From: Neolecta irregularis DAH-3
Taxonomy: Eukaryota
NCBI GenBank assembly: GCA_001929475.1
Contig: LXFE01003012.1
Location: 1-64,000 of the forward strand
Direction of reading: 5' to 3'
Length of the DNA stretch: 64,000 bases
Shown: one piece after another, positions 61,101 to 64,000 of the stretch
Layout of the letters: the number at the start of each line of letters is the position of its first letter
Numbering within the stretch: position 1 is the stretch's first letter
The notes under the pieces: model-generated
Told to the model about the DNA's origin: nothing
The model's database searches: none
The model's input: the letters and a program-made list of their open reading frames with translations, nothing else
Translations under genes and position numbers: made by a program

Positions 61101-61637
61101 GTCCTTTTAGTTCGCCTTTGCTTGCAAGATATGCTGTCAGAGGATCTAAGCGTGTTAAAAAGTTTCACCAAGAGATATTGGTACCGCCCCACTAGACCAT
61201 TAGAATTGCAGTTAGAGACCTGAGAAAAGAAATACCACTTCATATTTTCCAATCTTTCCATCTTCGTCAAATTCAGTGAAAGAATATGTGAATGTTTCGT
61301 TCCACGATTGTTGGGTTTTCTTCCAGGTGAATTTTGCTGTTGCTTTGACACAAACGCGTTCAGATTCCACATCCAGAGTCCAATCATAAAATTTCATGTC
61401 CTCAAACTCGAACAATTCAGCCAATAATTCAAAATATTCAGCGATTTGTGGTCCACGAAAAGTCGATAGAAAGGGGAGTTGCGGAATTTTGATTGAACAA
61501 TGCTCGATGATCACTGGCTCTTGTGTTTCAGTGAAATGCGATAGTATCGCCGTAAAAGGTTTCTTTGCTGCAAATGACGAGCATAATGATTGTGTTAGTG
61601 CAAAAATATGATCTGCTCTGGATATCACGGAGGTCAT
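61087..61637 (-). CDS. SnoaL/NTF2-like fold protein with a 7-nt micro-exon
   Basis: LPFL..FRG, YFELL, VCVKATAKFTW, SWNETF, then YEV/WG/DPLTAYLASKG after two GT-AG introns. Confidence 0.75.
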
Positions 61638-61835
61638 TGAGATGTGGTTGATTCATCGCTGACCCACCCGCTATATTTAATATCCTCCGCTAATCTAGAC
61701 AGAGTAAAAAGAAATATATCCCATGATCGTCATGTAATTTTCACTACTGCGCTCAGCAGCGCTTGTCCGAGTAAAACCCAGATATGCCAAGTAAGTGCAC
61801 TAATCGAATTAGAAAAGCAATCAGGATTGGAAAAA

Positions 61836-63941
61836 TTACAAAAAGATTACCCAAGCTACCAAAACAGACATTCCAAATCGCAAGGCGCTTAACCCATGCA
61901 TCGAACGTTTCCCAATCCATACAAAATTCCAGATCCAAAAGTTTGTGATTAATGATAAACTCGTAGACTTTCTCGGCGGTCTGTGAGTTGTTACGACTAC
62001 TTTATTGTCTGCTTCCGAGATGCTGACGCTTCGTTGAGAATCAACTTGAGCTCTTGAAAGCCAGGTGGCGTGAAGGCCATATGGTACACGCTGGGGTATT
62101 TGAATGATAGCAAGCGGAGGAAGACTGAATTTCTTTGCGCAAATTATCCATACTTGAGAGGACTCTTGATCACGATCCACGACAAAAGGTGATGCGCCCT
62201 TTGCTCGACGTTCATCATAGACGTGCATCAGTACGACGCCGTCATCTTCGGTCTTGGCGTCAGAATGTGGGACAAATGTTGCTTCGGAACTATAGTGGCC
62301 TTGTGGTAGATGTATAGTCTTTATATGTGGACTGCAAGGGGGCGTATTTGATGTGGAATTATCCACATTCAACGGAGGATCGCGAATCATTTGTTGAATA
62401 TCAGCCTTAACGATCACATCAATTTTTGCACCGGATAGAGCAGCATCGAAGGAACCTTGACGCATTGATGAGCCGTAAACAAAGCGATTGGGCAATGTGA
62501 GCCGATTTGTATTGATTGTAGGAAACTCCATGGGAAAATCTGAGAGCGGATAACTATGAGAGATCAAATTTTTGACCAGATCAAAACTAGTTTTAATGAG
62601 ATATTTTAAACTGAAGACATACCGGTAATAATAAAGATGTACAACATCGGATTCTGTTGCCTCCTCATTCAGATCCATGCCTCCAGCAGCATGGACCAGT
62701 TTCGCACCTTTGAAGCGACAAGCGATCAAGCAAACTGCCATGACTTTACCGTCGTCATCCAGTTCATCCCATGCGTTTGCACTGTGAAATATCATACAGC
62801 TTTCTACACAACTGAACCATTTTGGGGGCGGCGTCGACGTTATTCCAAAAGTTCTAGGAATGATGCCAAATTTCATAGGCATGTCTTTGTCGAAATGGAG
62901 CATTGGACGAGAGGAAAGAATACTAAAGGGCGACATTGTGAGAGGACAATCGATGATAATGCTGTGGGTTTGGGTACATGCAAAGTCATGCATCTAAAAG
63001 GGTAACTTCGAAAGACATCAACATACCATCTTTGGAGATTTACTCTCCAGATAGATAGGAACCTGCCAGCTCTTGTGTTTTCCATCATGTCCAACGACAG
63101 AATATCGAATGAATGGGTTCTTGAATTGAAAGATGTCATACCCAAACATTATAAGATCGCCATTTACTGGATCAATCTTTGGATGAGCAGTAACCCATTC
63201 ACTTGCCGACCCGGGAATCCCCAAACTTTCCCCGCGGTTTTTAAATTTAACCCAGTCGAGTGTTTCAAGTTCTGGTGCTGTAATTTCTATGGGTGGTCCT
63301 GATTCGCACATTGCCATAACTCTTCTGTCATGATAAATAACAGAGGTATTTGCCACAGATAACCGTATTGATCCCGAAAGAAAGGCTGCAAAATATTAGA
63401 ATTTGAATGCAAAAAGAATACCCAGAAACCCTGCTTCCATGACGGATTTGATGATGGCAAAGTTTGAAGTCAACGGATCAATGAGAGAAGTAATCGATGG
63501 GAGAAGGGTCTGTCCCCAATGCGAAGAAGCGGTATAAACATCTGTTTTAACGAATTTATTAACATAGCGCGGTTCGATGATGTTTGAGTTTTGGGGTTTG
63601 AAGAAGAATACGCCGTGCAGCATGCCTAAATTAAAGGTGAGACATTTTAAAACATGGTTTCAGGGCACCATCGCCGTCGAACCAGTGATATCTCTCGTGA
63701 TCTCGTGGTGGAAACATTGGATTTGGGCCATTTCGAACCTGCAGATATCAAAACCAAATGAATAAAACTGTTTTCTTCATACGTACTGTCCGCCTATCAG
63801 ACAGTCTGGGATTGTTCCTTGGAATGAACATGGAGCGAGATGGAGTTCGTTTGATTGTGGGTAGAAATTTCCCTGCAGATAAGGATGAGCAGAACGATCT
63901 GAGCGTGTCGCTGGCTGTCTGGATACGGCAAATTCTTCCAT
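61836..63941 (-). CDS. Carotenoid cleavage oxygenase (RPE65 family, CarX-like)
   Basis: HPYLQGNF, GGQYVRNGPNP, WFDGDGMLHG, SVANT, CESGPP, TAHPK, MMHDF, IFHSANAW, EATFVP, VPYGLH; 5 introns. Confidence 0.9.
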
Positions 63942-64000
63942 TCTGGTGGTTTATGGATGAGCACAAGGCACTTCAACTCGTCTATCGATGTTTGCTTTCT

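Noticed and set aside
1-64000. Prokaryotic systems (CRISPR arrays, operons) or an alternative genetic code to explain the fragmented ORFs
   Set aside because: Fragmentation is explained by short spliceosomal introns under the standard code, and no repeat-spacer arrays were seen.

Overview
Compact, intron-rich fungal (ascomycete) genomic DNA with about 30 protein-coding genes. They include two tandem PTR2 peptide transporters, MER3, NUP159, two tandem GH81 glucanases, KEL3, SDHAF3, IME4/METTL3, calcipressin, FPR3/4, REV1, ZIM17, CUL3, a CRAL-TRIO protein, an SDR, an SP-RING protein, the PsuG-PfkB fusion, GCD7, IES6, OST1, SF3B14, hexokinase, a SnoaL-like gene and a carotenoid oxygenase. There is also one HAD pseudogene, a MITE and relics of a CAGTGTTG-ended DNA transposon. 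Gene content and intron style suggest an early-diverging ascomycete (Taphrinomycotina-like); this is inference only. I reconstructed roughly 145-150 introns by eye, most 33-50 nt long. The main signal is an unusually permissive splicing code. Donors are very degenerate beyond GT, AAG/GAG acceptors are common, and five introns are GC-AG. Four to six further introns in otherwise intact genes restore the conserved protein only with non-canonical ends: AT-AG in SDHAF3, GG-AG in a GH81, GT-TG in KEL3, GT-GG in PTR2 copy 2, and less certainly TT-AG in the SDR and GT-TG in GCD7. All gene models are manual and need RNA-seq confirmation.
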